DNA of 64,000 bases from an uncultured Acidobacteriaceae bacterium. GTDB lineage: Bacteria > Acidobacteriota > Terriglobia > Terriglobales > Acidobacteriaceae. The number at the start of each line of letters is the position of its first letter. Within the stretch, counting starts at the first letter, position 1. Below, piece by piece: positions 28,803-38,873 of the stretch. The translations under genes and the position numbers were made by a program. The notes beneath the pieces are model-generated. The model did no database searches, was not told the origin of the DNA, and saw nothing but the letters and a program-made list of their open reading frames with translations. The DNA lies in contig CAWCJL010000007.1 of assembly GCA_963795775.1 (NCBI GenBank), positions 4 to 64,003 of the forward strand. Direction: 5' to 3'.

Positions 28803-29399
28803 ATGGCTGAAGAGCAGCAGGGAACAGAGCAACCGCAGAAACCAATCGGCACTACAACAGGCATCACACGCGTGCGCAGGCCGCAGGAGTCGCGACGCGC
28901 GGGGCTGTGGCTGCGCGACATGGTGGTGTCGCTGCTCGCCTCCTTCTTCATCATCACTTTCCTGTATCAGCCGGTGAAGGTCGAGGGCACCTCCATGCTG
29001 CCGCGCCTGGAGGACCAGGACCGGCTCTTCATCAACAAATTCGCCTATCACTTCGAAAAAATCAGCCGTGGTGACGTGGTGGTCTTCTACTACCCGCGCG
29101 ATCCGCAGAAGAGCTACATCAAACGCGTGATCGCGCTACCGGGCGACCGCCTCCGCGTCGTCGATGGCCAGGTGTATGTCAACGGCCGGCGACTGAGCGA
29201 ACCCTACGTGCCGCCGCGCTATGCCGATGAACGCTCCGTGGACGAGACGATCATTCCCGCGCACGAGTTCTTCGTGATGGGCGACCACCGCTCCATCTCG
29301 AGCGACAGCCGCGACTTCGGGCCGGTGGATCGCAGCCTCATTTATGGCAAGGCCTCGTTCGTGTACTGGCCGGCCGACCAGATGGGCATCGTCCACTAG
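28803..29399 (+). CDS. lepB: Signal peptidase I
   Basis: Contains GTSMLPRL (catalytic Ser), RGDVVVFYYP, YIKRVIALPGD (Lys) and GDHRSISSDSRDFGPV. Confidence 0.9.
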   Translation: MAEEQQGTEQPQKPIGTTTGITRVRRPQESRRAGLWLRDMVVSLLASFFIITFLYQPVKVEGTSMLPRLEDQDRLFINKFAYHFEKISRGDVVVFYYPRDPQKSYIKRVIALPGDRLRVVDGQVYVNGRRLSEPYVPPRYADERSVDETIIPAHEFFVMGDHRSISSDSRDFGPVDRSLIYGKASFVYWPADQMGIVH

Positions 29400-29475
29400 C
29401 CCTCACCTGAACGAACGAGCCCGCAGGCATTTCCCTGGGCCGTGACGAATTGCTCCGCGCGCATCTGAATCTGAT

Positions 29476-30123
29476 GTGAACCGATACGATGCGGTACTCG
29501 TGCCGGGCGGCGGATTGCGCGAGGACGGTGCCGTTCCTCCCTGGGTAGAAAACCGCCTGGAGCGGGCGCTGGAACTTGCGGGCGCGGACACGCCGATCCT
29601 GACCCTGAGCGCCGGCACGACTTACAAACCGGTGCTGCGCGATGCGGATGGGTGGCCCATCTTCGAGTCCGTCGCGGGCGCACAGTGGCTGGCTGAGCAT
29701 GGGCATCCCGCGCAGCTTCTTTTCACCGAGACTGCCTCCTACGACACCATCGGCAATGCGTATTTCGCGCGCATGATTCACACCGATCCCGCCGGATGGC
29801 GCCGCCTGGCCGTGATCACCTCCGCGTTTCACATGGCGCGGACGGAGGCCATCTTCCGCTGGATCTTTTCGCTCGCCCCTTGCCCCGCACCCCACACGCT
29901 CAGCTTCACGGCAGTGCCGGATGTGGGGATCGCGCCCGATGCGTTGGCAGCGCGCCGGGAGAAAGAGGCGGCCGGTCTTGGCTCATTCGCGAAACTCGAA
30001 CGTCAGCACCGCACGCTCGCTGCGGTTCACCTCTGGTTGTTCTCCGAGCACCAGGCGTATGCGATCCATACTGCTGGCGAGGAAACGGGACAGCTTGACG
30101 CCCGTGTCGCCGAGTCTTACTGA
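29476..30123 (+). CDS. DUF218 (YdcF/ElyC-like) domain protein
   Basis: Contains YDAVLVPGGGLREDG...YDTIGNAYFAR...ITSAFHMARTE. GTG start. Confidence 0.65.
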   Translation: MNRYDAVLVPGGGLREDGAVPPWVENRLERALELAGADTPILTLSAGTTYKPVLRDADGWPIFESVAGAQWLAEHGHPAQLLFTETASYDTIGNAYFARMIHTDPAGWRRLAVITSAFHMARTEAIFRWIFSLAPCPAPHTLSFTAVPDVGIAPDALAARREKEAAGLGSFAKLERQHRTLAAVHLWLFSEHQAYAIHTAGEETGQLDARVAESY

Positions 30124-30186
30124 TGCAGCCGATCAGGAGCATCGCCAGCCTGCTATACTCGATAAAATCCACCCTCCGGAGAGGCG

Positions 30187-31332
30187 ATGCAGGCGATCCT
30201 TGCGCTCGAAGACGGGCGCATCTTCCGCGGTGAAGGGCACGGCGCCCCAGCCGAGCGCGCTGGTGAGGTCGTTTTCAATACATCTCTCACCGGCTACCAG
30301 GAAATCTTCACCGATCCGTCCTATGCCGGGCAGATTGTGGTGCTGACCAATCCCCAGATTGGCAACTACGGCACCAACGACGCAGACAACGAAGCCGCGA
30401 AGCCCTACATCGAGGGGCTGGTCACGCGCGAATTTTCTCCCATCAGTTCCAATTGGCGCTCCGAGCAGGCTGCGGACGAGTACCTGGAGCGCTTCGGCGT
30501 ACCCGTGATAGCAGAAATCGATACCCGCGCGCTGGTGCGGCATTTGCGTACAAACGGCGTAATGCGCGGCGTAGTTTCGACCCTGGACGGCGCGAATGCC
30601 GATGCTCTGATCGCAAAGGCGCGTTCGATTCCCCGGATGGACGGAACCGACCTGGCGAGCGTGGTGACCACTGCCGGGGTGTACGAGTGGGACTGTCACG
30701 GACGGGTAGGGTCGACGGCGGAGCGCGATCCGTATGGGTTGATGCCGGAAATGCCGCCGGCCGACCTTCATGTGGTGGCTTACGATTACGGCATCAAGAC
30801 AAACATTCTTCGCATGTTAACGGGGGAGAGCTGCCGGGTAACAGTGGTGCCCGCCCGGACTTCGGCAGAAGATGTGCTGGCGCTGAAGCCAGACGGCGTT
30901 TTTCTCTCCAACGGCCCCGGCGATCCCGAGCCGCTCGAGTATGCGCAGGGGAACATTCGTCGGCTGGCCGGCAAGACGCCGGTATTTGGTATCTGTCTCG
31001 GTCACCAATTGATAGGGCTGGCGCTGGGCGGGAAGTCGTACAAGCTCAAGTTCGGGCACCACGGCGGGAACCACCCGGTGCAGCAAACCGGCACAGGCAA
31101 GATCGAGATCACTGCGCACAACCACAATTTCGCTATCGATGCCGATTCGCTGCGTGAGAGCGAAGTCGAGCTGACGCATGTCGATCTGAATGACGGCACA
31201 CTCGAAGGATTGCGGCACAAGTCTCTGCCGCTGTTCAGCGTGCAATATCACCCGGAGGCGAGCCCAGGCCCACACGATTCGCATTACCTCTTCCGCGATT
31301 TCCGCCGCATGATGGACGAGTGGAAGCGGTGA
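30187..31332 (+). CDS. carA: Carbamoyl-phosphate synthase small (glutaminase) subunit
   Basis: Starts MQAILALEDGRIFRGEGHGA. The GATase motif PVFGICLGHQLIGLALGG (Cys) and FSVQYHPEASPGPHD (His) are present. Confidence 0.92.
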   Translation: MQAILALEDGRIFRGEGHGAPAERAGEVVFNTSLTGYQEIFTDPSYAGQIVVLTNPQIGNYGTNDADNEAAKPYIEGLVTREFSPISSNWRSEQAADEYLERFGVPVIAEIDTRALVRHLRTNGVMRGVVSTLDGANADALIAKARSIPRMDGTDLASVVTTAGVYEWDCHGRVGSTAERDPYGLMPEMPPADLHVVAYDYGIKTNILRMLTGESCRVTVVPARTSAEDVLALKPDGVFLSNGPGDPEPLEYAQGNIRRLAGKTPVFGICLGHQLIGLALGGKSYKLKFGHHGGNHPVQQTGTGKIEITAHNHNFAIDADSLRESEVELTHVDLNDGTLEGLRHKSLPLFSVQYHPEASPGPHDSHYLFRDFRRMMDEWKR

Positions 31333-31940
31333 AGGGCGCCGGCCTGGTCTTATCTGCCGCAGTTACTTCCATTCTTTTTTCCGTTCCTCTCTTTGCCCAG
31401 CGTCCGTACCAGGCCTACCTGGCGACGGCGCGAAGGGGCGCGACAGAGAGCCGCGTTCGCTCGTTTGTGGAGGCATGTACCGGCGGTGCAATACGCCGGC
31501 CGGAAGCCTTTTACGCCCAGGGTGGTTGGTATCGGACAGACGACCTCTCCACACAGTTGCGCGCCGGCGGTCCAGAAGACGAAGCCACTGCCGAAGTATG
31601 GAGCGTGGCCGGAAAGCCGCGCGCAGTCTACCAGTGGACGCACGACGGTGAGTTCGATCGCGACGTGCTGGCCTGTCTGGATGCACAGGGAAACGTGACC
31701 CACGCAGTGAGCCGCTATATGCCAGGGGAGTCCGAACCGGACCAGCGATGGATTTATGTACATACGCTGGATCGGAACGCCAAAACGGGGCACATGACCG
31801 GCCATGGCCGGTTTACCGACTGGGCCGGACGTCCCCGCGGCAAACCTCACCTGAGCACGGAAGACCAGGATTTCATTGCCGGCGAGCGGATTTATCGCAA
31901 GTGGATGGATTTCGACTTCGCAGGTGTGGCTGGGAAATGA
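31329..31940 (+). CDS. Secreted hypothetical protein
   Basis: The GTG at 31329 overlaps the carA stop (GTGA) and gives a signal peptide, MKGAGLVLSAAVTSILFSVPLFAQRP. I recognise no family. Confidence 0.45.
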   Translation: MKGAGLVLSAAVTSILFSVPLFAQRPYQAYLATARRGATESRVRSFVEACTGGAIRRPEAFYAQGGWYRTDDLSTQLRAGGPEDEATAEVWSVAGKPRAVYQWTHDGEFDRDVLACLDAQGNVTHAVSRYMPGESEPDQRWIYVHTLDRNAKTGHMTGHGRFTDWAGRPRGKPHLSTEDQDFIAGERIYRKWMDFDFAGVAGK

Positions 31941-31972
31941 GCGCTGTTAAACTTGTTTAACGGAGGCCCAAC

Positions 31973-32185
31973 ATGCTGGGAGTAAGGCTGGAGCCGGAGT
32001 TAGAGAAGCGGCTGGAAAAACTCGCGAAACAAACTGGGCGGAGCAAGAGCTTTTACGCGAAAGAAGCAATACGGAAATTCCTCGAGGATAGAGAGGATTA
32101 TTTGCTGGGGATCGCCGCGCTGGAAAAGCACACCAGCACGGTGAGTTTGGAAGAGCTAGAGCGTCGCAATGGTCTGGAAGGTTGA
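31973..32185 (+). CDS. Type II antitoxin, ribbon-helix-helix (RelB/ParD/CopG-like)
   Basis: MLGVRLEPELEKRLEKLAKQTGRSKSFYAKEAIRKFLEDRED is a classic RHH. It overlaps the toxin gene by 17 nt. Confidence 0.8.
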   Translation: MLGVRLEPELEKRLEKLAKQTGRSKSFYAKEAIRKFLEDREDYLLGIAALEKHTSTVSLEELERRNGLEG

Positions 32186-32435
32186 GTTTACGAACATAGC
32201 CGAGCGACGGATGGAGAAGCTCGATGAAGAAATCAGACGGCGCATCCTTCGGTTTTTCCGTGAGCGCGTAGTTCGGCTCGAAGACCCGAGAAGTATAGCC
32301 GAGCCACTTCAGGGCGAATTCCGGGGCTTGTGGCGGTTTAGGATCGGCGAGTATCGGGCAATCTGCGACATAGAAAACAAACGGTTGTTAGTTCTTGTGC
32401 TCGAGATCGGCCACAGGCGCGAGATTTATCGCTGA
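32169..32435 (+). CDS. Type II toxin, RelE/ParE superfamily
   Basis: Contains WKVEFTNIAERRMEKLDEEIRRRI...LQGEFRGLWRFRIGEYRAICDIENKRLLVLVLEIGHRREIYR, the typical RelE/StbE C-terminal signature. Confidence 0.85.
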   Translation: MVWKVEFTNIAERRMEKLDEEIRRRILRFFRERVVRLEDPRSIAEPLQGEFRGLWRFRIGEYRAICDIENKRLLVLVLEIGHRREIYR

Positions 32436-32447
32436 AACAGGAGAGGG

Positions 32448-35400
32448 ATGCCGCGTAGAAACGACATAGCGAAGGTGCTGGTCATCGGCTCGGGGCCGAT
32501 TGTGATTGGGCAATCGGCGGAGTTCGATTATTCGGGAACGCAGGCGGTGAAGGCGCTGCGTGCGGATGGTTACGAGGTGGTGCTGGTGAACTCCAACCCC
32601 GCGACCATCATGACGGATCCGGAACTGGCCGACCGTACCTACATCGAACCGCTCACGCGCGAGTTCGTCGAAGAAATCATCCGAGTAGAAGCGGCCATGA
32701 TGGAGAACGCCGCTGGTGAACGCCGCGGCAAATTTGCGCTGCTGCCGACCGTCGGTGGCCAGACGGCGTTGAACCTCGCCGTCGATCTCGCCGACGCCGG
32801 GGTGCTCGACAAGTATGACGTGGAGTTGATCGGGGCCAAGCTCGAAGCCATCAAGAAGGCCGAAGACCGGCTGCTCTTCAAAGATGCGATGAGCAAGATC
32901 GGGCTGGATATGCCGCGCTCGTCGCTGGTGAACAATCTGCGGGATGGCATCGAATTCGCCAGCAAAATCGGCTTTCCCGTGGTGATCCGGCCATCGTTCA
33001 CGCTGGGCGGTTCGGGCGGCGGCATCGCCTACAACCGCGAAGAGCTGATGGAGATCCTGTCGCGCGGGCTCGACCTCTCTCCAGTGCACGAATGCCTCAT
33101 CGAAGAATCCGTGCTGGGCTGGAAGGAATACGAGCTCGAGGTGATGCGCGACCTCGCCGACAACGTGATCATCATCTGCTCGATCGAGAACATGGACCCG
33201 ATGGGCGTGCACACCGGCGACTCCATCACGGTAGCGCCGGCCCAGACATTGACGGACCGCGAATACCAGGCCATGCGCGATGCCGCGATACGCGTCATGC
33301 GCGAGATCGGCGTCGAAACCGGCGGCTCCAATGTGCAGTTTGCCGTCGATCCCCGCTCCGGCCGCATGACTGTCATCGAGATGAATCCGCGCGTCTCGCG
33401 CTCCTCGGCGCTGGCCTCCAAGGCCACCGGTTTCCCCATCGCCAAGATTGCAGCCAAGCTGGCAGTGGGCTATACGCTCGACGAGATTCCAAACGACATC
33501 ACGCGCAAGACGCCGGCGTGCTTTGAGCCGACTATCGACTACGTTGTCGTGAAGATTCCGAAATGGCAGTTTGAGAAGTTCCCCGGCGCCGATGAAAATC
33601 TGGGCCCGCAGATGAAGTCCGTAGGCGAAGTGATGGCCATCGGCCGCACCTTCAAAGAGGCGCTGATGAAGGCCGTGCGCTCGCTTGAAACGGGCAAGCG
33701 CGTGGGCGCGGAAGAGATCGAGCCGAAGCGCCTGATGCAGCGTCTGGTTACGCCGCAGCCGGAGCGCCTGAACTACATTCGCTATGCCTTTCGCAAAGGC
33801 ATGAGCGTGCGCGAAGTGGCGCGTATCACCGCGATGGACCCCTGGTTCCTGCACCAGATCAAAGAGGTGACCGACACCCTCGGGCAGCTCGGAGAGCATC
33901 GCCCCGAAACCGTGTCCGCGCCCCTGTTGCGGCGCGCCAAGCGGATGGGCATCTCCGACGCGCGCCTGGCAGAGTTGTGGGATTTGCCCCAAGCCACAGG
34001 CGTGCCGGAAATTGGCGCTCTTCGCGAACGGCATGGGCTGCGCCCCGTCTACAAGCTGGTGGATACCTGCGCGGCGGAGTTTGAAAGCGAGACGCCCTAC
34101 CTCTACTCGAGCTACGACGAAGAGGACGAGGCGCCCCCGACGCCTGCGCGCAAGGTGATGATCCTGGGCTCCGGACCGAACCGGATCGGACAGGGCATCG
34201 AGTTTGACTACTGCTGTTGCCATGCAGCGTTTGCGCTCAAGGAAGATGGCTACGAGACCGTGATGGTGAACTGCAATCCCGAAACAGTCTCGACGGACTA
34301 CGACACCAGCGACCGCCTGTACTTCGAGCCGCTCACGCTCGAAGACGTGCTGGCCGTCTACGCGCACGAGTCGTCCGGAGGCGCGGAGGTGGCAGCCATT
34401 GTGCAGTTTGGCGGGCAAACGCCGCTGAACCTGGCGTTGCCGTTGAAGCGGGCCGGCGTGCCGATCCTGGGCACCTCCCCGGAGTCGATCGACCTCGCCG
34501 AGGACAGAAAGCGCTTTGGTCAGCTCCTGGAGCGTCTGGAAATTCCGCAGCCGCCCGGAGCCATGGCGACCAGCGTGGAAGAAGCGCTCGCCGGCGCCGA
34601 GCGCGTGGGCTACCCGGTGCTGGTGCGGCCGTCCTACGTGCTGGGTGGCCGTGCCATGGTGATTGCGTACGATGCCGAAGCCGTTAGCCGGTACATGAAG
34701 GAGGCGGTCGAATATTCGCAGGAGCGGCCGGTGCTGATCGACCACTTCCTCGAAGACGCCGTCGAGGTAGACGTCGATGCTCTGTGCGATGGCACCGACG
34801 TGGTGATCGCTGGCATCATGCAACACATTGAAGAAGCCGGCATTCACTCCGGCGACTCTTCCTGCGTGCTGCCCGCGGTGGATCTTGCGACGCAGACGCT
34901 GGACACCATCCGCGCCTACACGCGCAAGCTCGCACTTGCGCTGGATGTACGCGGCCTGGTGAATCTGCAATTCGCCATCCAGCGCGGACGCAGTGCCGGC
35001 GAGCCGGATCGCGTCTACGTCATCGAGGTGAACCCGCGTGCCTCGCGCACCGTGCCCTATGTTTCCAAGGCCACCGGCGTGCCTTTGGCAAAGATGGCCT
35101 CGCGCCTGATGACCGGGCGCACCCTGCGCGAGCTGTTGCCGGAGCAGGTGCAGACGGGCCGCGATCTCGAAACCGGCCCGCACTTCTACGTGAAGTCGCC
35201 GGTCTTCCCCTGGAACAAATTCCCGGGCGTGGACACGGTGCTAGGCCCGGAGATGCGCTCGACCGGCGAGGTGATGGGTGTGGCGGACAACTTCGGCGAA
35301 GCCTTTGCCAAGGCGCAGCTTGCCGCTGGGCAGCTCCTGCCGGAAAGCGGCACCGCCTTTTTCAGCGTGAACGACCGCGACAAGAGCGGCCTGGTTGAGC

Positions 35401-35780
35401 TGGCGCGACAGTATGTCGAACTGGGCTTTCAGCTTGTGGCCACACATGGCACGGCAGATTGGCTGGAGCGAGCCGGGCTGCAGGTAGAGCGTGTCTACAA
35501 GGTGAAGGAAGGCCGGCCGAATGTGGTGGACCTGATCAAGGGCGACCGCATCCAGCTCATCATCAATACGCCACAGGGACAAGATACGTTCTTCGATGAG
35601 AAGGCCATCCGGCGCGCGGCCGTGATGCAGCGCGTACCGACCATCACGACGATGGCGGCAGCGCGGGCAGCCGCGGAAGGCATCGCGGCGCTCCAGCAGC
35701 ACACGGTCCACGTGCAGTCGCTGCAGCACTTGCATGCGGCGCGGGCCGACCGGATAGCCGCCGGCGGCGGGGCCGCGTAG
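32448..35780 (+). CDS. carB: Carbamoyl-phosphate synthase large subunit
   Basis: 1110 aa. Starts [33 protein letters not shown]. Has duplicated ATP-grasp halves (second half [25 protein letters not shown]) and an MGS-like C-terminus. Confidence 0.95.
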   Translation: MPRRNDIAKVLVIGSGPIVIGQSAEFDYSGTQAVKALRADGYEVVLVNSNPATIMTDPELADRTYIEPLTREFVEEIIRVEAAMMENAAGERRGKFALLPTVGGQTALNLAVDLADAGVLDKYDVELIGAKLEAIKKAEDRLLFKDAMSKIGLDMPRSSLVNNLRDGIEFASKIGFPVVIRPSFTLGGSGGGIAYNREELMEILSRGLDLSPVHECLIEESVLGWKEYELEVMRDLADNVIIICSIENMDPMGVHTGDSITVAPAQTLTDREYQAMRDAAIRVMREIGVETGGSNVQFAVDPRSGRMTVIEMNPRVSRSSALASKATGFPIAKIAAKLAVGYTLDEIPNDITRKTPACFEPTIDYVVVKIPKWQFEKFPGADENLGPQMKSVGEVMAIGRTFKEALMKAVRSLETGKRVGAEEIEPKRLMQRLVTPQPERLNYIRYAFRKGMSVREVARITAMDPWFLHQIKEVTDTLGQLGEHRPETVSAPLLRRAKRMGISDARLAELWDLPQATGVPEIGALRERHGLRPVYKLVDTCAAEFESETPYLYSSYDEEDEAPPTPARKVMILGSGPNRIGQGIEFDYCCCHAAFALKEDGYETVMVNCNPETVSTDYDTSDRLYFEPLTLEDVLAVYAHESSGGAEVAAIVQFGGQTPLNLALPLKRAGVPILGTSPESIDLAEDRKRFGQLLERLEIPQPPGAMATSVEEALAGAERVGYPVLVRPSYVLGGRAMVIAYDAEAVSRYMKEAVEYSQERPVLIDHFLEDAVEVDVDALCDGTDVVIAGIMQHIEEAGIHSGDSSCVLPAVDLATQTLDTIRAYTRKLALALDVRGLVNLQFAIQRGRSAGEPDRVYVIEVNPRASRTVPYVSKATGVPLAKMASRLMTGRTLRELLPEQVQTGRDLETGPHFYVKSPVFPWNKFPGVDTVLGPEMRSTGEVMGVADNFGEAFAKAQLAAGQLLPESGTAFFSVNDRDKSGLVELARQYVELGFQLVATHGTADWLERAGLQVERVYKVKEGRPNVVDLIKGDRIQLIINTPQGQDTFFDEKAIRRAAVMQRVPTITTMAAARAAAEGIAALQQHTVHVQSLQHLHAARADRIAAGGGAA

Positions 35781-35902
35781 CAGGTGCATTCACCATCCGG
35801 TAGCGCCCACCCAACTTCTCTCGCCGGAGCTGCAACAACGAAGACGGCGCGGGAAGCAACGGCATCCTCCCCCTGCCCGTCATACCGGTAGGAGACACCA
35901 GT

Positions 35903-36304
35903 ATGTCGCTAGGGAAGATTGTGGAGCCGTTGCTCCAGGAAGACACGCAGAAAGAACAGAACGTTGCCATCACCGAGAAGGACGCGCGCGCGCCGGGCAT
36001 GGAGCAGACCAACAAGAATCACCCGCATCTGGTGGAGACCAATGCAGGCGATCGCCAGCCCGGCGAGCCCGATCCCGGACGTCAGGCAGGCGGTACGCGC
36101 GCTTTCAATGCCAACGCGGAACGCACCGGCAAGGGTCTCGAAGAGCCGCAGGAAGCACACCAGGGAAGCGTGACGACGCGGACACCGGAAGGCGCGAAAC
36201 AGGGCATCTCCAACGCCTCCAGCACCGAGGACGCGCAAGGGCAGAAGAAGGTCGTAGAGGACCGGCCGGACGCACAGGCCGGCGTCAACCACGACCGCAC
36301 GTAG
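35903..36304 (+). CDS. Small highly hydrophilic, probably disordered protein (133 aa)
   Basis: AGGAG lies 8 nt upstream of the ATG. The protein is rich in E/Q/K/G/T/D/N and has no hydrophobic core. I recognise no family. Confidence 0.35.
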   Translation: MSLGKIVEPLLQEDTQKEQNVAITEKDARAPGMEQTNKNHPHLVETNAGDRQPGEPDPGRQAGGTRAFNANAERTGKGLEEPQEAHQGSVTTRTPEGAKQGISNASSTEDAQGQKKVVEDRPDAQAGVNHDRT

Positions 36305-36400
36305 CCGGCGCAGATGTCGCACCGCAGCCGCTTAATTAGCGGTGTTGCGTAGAGGGCAGACCGGGTGCAGGCGCTCCGGCAGCATGATACTGTGCTTGCC

Positions 36401-37495
36401 ATGCGCTCGTTCCGGGTCTGCCTTCTGCTTTTGCTCCCACTCACGTTTTTCAGCCTGCCGGTTCCATCTGCGCACGGGCAGCGTCTGTCTGCGGTGCTGC
36501 CCTCGAAATTCGCGCACACTTTCTCGATCGTGGCACGCGACAACAGCACCGGGGAACTTGGAGTGGCGGTGCAGTCGCACTGGTTCGCCGTGGGGCAGAG
36601 CGTGCCCTGGGCAGAAGCCGGCGTAGGCGCGGTGGCCACGCAGTCGTTTATCGATCCGACTTATGGTGCACGTGGGCTGGAGCTGATGCGCGCCGGTAAG
36701 CCGGCGGATGAAGCGCTCATGCAATTGCTGACCGCAGACCCCGCGCGGAATGTTCGCCAGGTGGCCATGATCGACGCGACCGGCAAAGCCGCTGCATGGA
36801 CCGGCGCCAAGTGCATTCCACCAGCGGGCGACATCGTGGGCGGTAAAGCCGCGGGAACCGCAAGCACCGAAAGCCGAAAGCTCCCGGTCGCGCCCCAGGA
36901 CGGCGTGGTTTCGATAGGCGAGCGTTTTTCCGTGCAGGCGAATCTGATGGCCAACGATCGCATCTGGCCCGCGATGGCCAAGGCCTTCCAGGCCACCCAG
37001 GGCGATCTCGCGGAACAGGATGCTGGCCGCGCTCGACGCAGCCCAGGCCGCTGGCGGCGACATCCGCGGCCGGCAGTCGGCAGCGCTCATCGTGGTGAAG
37101 GGAACACGGTCGGCGACTCCCTGGAAGGACCGCGTGTTTGATCTGCGCGTGGACGACGCGGAGTATCCGCTCAAAGAACTGCGCCGGCTGGTGACGCTGC
37201 AACGCGCCTACAACCACATGAATGCGGGCGACCTGGCGACCGAGAAGCACGACAATGCGGGCGCGCTGCGCGAGTACGGCGCGGCGGAACAGCTCGTCCC
37301 CAACAACGCCGAAATGATCTACTGGCACGCGGCGGCGCTGGTGAACATGGGCAAGGTGGATGAGGCCCTGCCGCTGTTCAAGCGCTGTTTCGCGCTCGAC
37401 CCGAACTGGGCGAAGCTGACGCCCCGGCTTCCTGCGTCGGTTTGCTGCCCAACGATCCCGCGGTGATTGCGAAGATCGAGGCGCAGGCGAAGTAG
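36401..37495 (+). pseudogene. Secreted DUF1028-family (Ntn-hydrolase-like) protein with TPR-like tail, one clear and one probable frameshift
   Basis: Has a signal peptide (MRSFRVCLLLLLPLTFFSLPVPSAHG) followed by FSIVARDNSTGELGVAVQSHWFAVG. The reading ...GDLAE switches frame at about 37015 to RMLAALDAAQAAGGDIRGRQSAALIVVKG. A second possible switch at about 37440 leads to LLPNDPAVIAKIEAQAK. Confidence 0.65.
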
Positions 37496-37562
37496 CGCTG
37501 GTGCGCTGCAGGCGTGAAGGGCCTGGCAGCAGCCGCGCGAGAGCGCTGGTTAGAATAGCAGC

Positions 37563-38633
37563 ATGCTGCTCGAAGGCATCTTTTCCGCGCTGACCACTCC
37601 GTTTTTCGCCGATGGACGCCCGCAATGGCACAACCTGGAACGCAACGTGGAGCGGTATTCGCGCACTCCGGCGGCGGGTCTCGTGCTGCTCGGCTCCACT
37701 GGCGAAGCCGTGATGCTGAGCGACGAGGAATCGCGTCACCTCCTGCGTGTCGTGAGCCAGGCGGCATCGGCCGAGAAGGTGCTGATCGCCGGTGTGGGCC
37801 GGGAAAGCCTGGTGGAAACGCTGCGCCTTTGCGAGGAAGCCGCCAGGCAGCAATATGACGCGGTGCTGGTGCGCACGCCGCATTTCTATCGCCCCCAGCT
37901 TCGTCCCGCGGAGATGCTGAACTACTACCGCATGGTCGCAGACCGTTCGCCCCTGCCGGTGCTGCTGTACAGCGTTCCGGCGTACACGGCTTATGAGCTT
38001 CCGGTCGAAGTCGTCGGCGAGCTGGCGACCCATCCCAACATCATCGGCATGAAGGACTCGAGCGGCAAGGTGGACCGCATCCGCGCACTGCTGGCGGCCA
38101 CGCAGTCGGCGCCCCGGAGAAAAGTAACCGTCACGCCTACTTTCTCGGCGGTCACTGAACGCATGCTGCGGAGCCAGGGTGAAGCGGCCGTTCTCTCCGG
38201 CGCACTTTTGCCGGTCGATGTTCTCGGAGCGGGCGAGGTGGTCGGCGTTCCGGCGGCGGTGGCACCTCCGCAGATGAAGACCCGTACCCGGGAGGTAGGC
38301 TTCCAGCTCCTGTGCGGCTCGGCGCAAACCATGCTCGCCTCTCTCGATGCCGGTGCAACGGGGGCCGTGTTGGCCATGGCGGCATTCGCGCCCCAGGCCT
38401 GCGCGGAGGTCCACATGGCTTGGAAGGACAAGGACGAACCCCTGGCGCGCGAGAAGCAGGATCGCCTGGTGGCTGCTGCCAACGTGGTGTGCGGCGAAAT
38501 GGGCGTGCCCGGCGTGAAATACGCATGCGATCTGAACGGGTATTACGGCGGCCTGCCCCGGCTGCCGCTGCTCCCGCTCCACGGGCCGGAAAGGCAGCGC
38601 GCGGCAGAACTGCTGCGTGACATACGTCACTAG
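37563..38633 (+). CDS. Dihydrodipicolinate synthase/N-acetylneuraminate lyase family protein (DapA-like) with internal insertion
   Basis: Contains LLGSTGEAVMLSDEE and the Schiff-base Lys motif IIGMKDSSGK. At 356 aa it is about 60 aa longer than is typical for the family. Confidence 0.7.
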   Translation: MLLEGIFSALTTPFFADGRPQWHNLERNVERYSRTPAAGLVLLGSTGEAVMLSDEESRHLLRVVSQAASAEKVLIAGVGRESLVETLRLCEEAARQQYDAVLVRTPHFYRPQLRPAEMLNYYRMVADRSPLPVLLYSVPAYTAYELPVEVVGELATHPNIIGMKDSSGKVDRIRALLAATQSAPRRKVTVTPTFSAVTERMLRSQGEAAVLSGALLPVDVLGAGEVVGVPAAVAPPQMKTRTREVGFQLLCGSAQTMLASLDAGATGAVLAMAAFAPQACAEVHMAWKDKDEPLAREKQDRLVAAANVVCGEMGVPGVKYACDLNGYYGGLPRLPLLPLHGPERQRAAELLRDIRH

Positions 38634-38873
38634 CACGTCTCTTTGTCCAGCATGACCCCCTCCTGATGCCGTCCCGTCCCTGACCCGGACGCAATTGAGA
38701 GAGCGTCAGCAACCACTCGGGGCCGCGATGGTGCCATTAAGCCGTGCTTAAGGAGTAACGGCCGTGCCACTCCCTTATAATTTTAGTTATTGCTGCAGAT
38801 TGTCTCCCTCGCATGCAAATGCGTGCTGTTTGGCAGACTCGCAGCCACTTTCCGGGGAGGGATATACCGAGAC

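Noticed and set aside
32388-35183. 931-aa ORF on the minus strand
   Set aside because: It lies entirely antisense to carB, whose identity is unambiguous. Its Arg/Gly/His/Ala-rich composition is typical of shadow ORFs in high-GC DNA.
36717-38636. 639-aa minus-strand ORF
   Set aside because: It is antisense to the DUF1028 and DapA-like genes. It has no recognisable motifs and an Arg/Ala/Gly/His-rich shadow-frame composition.
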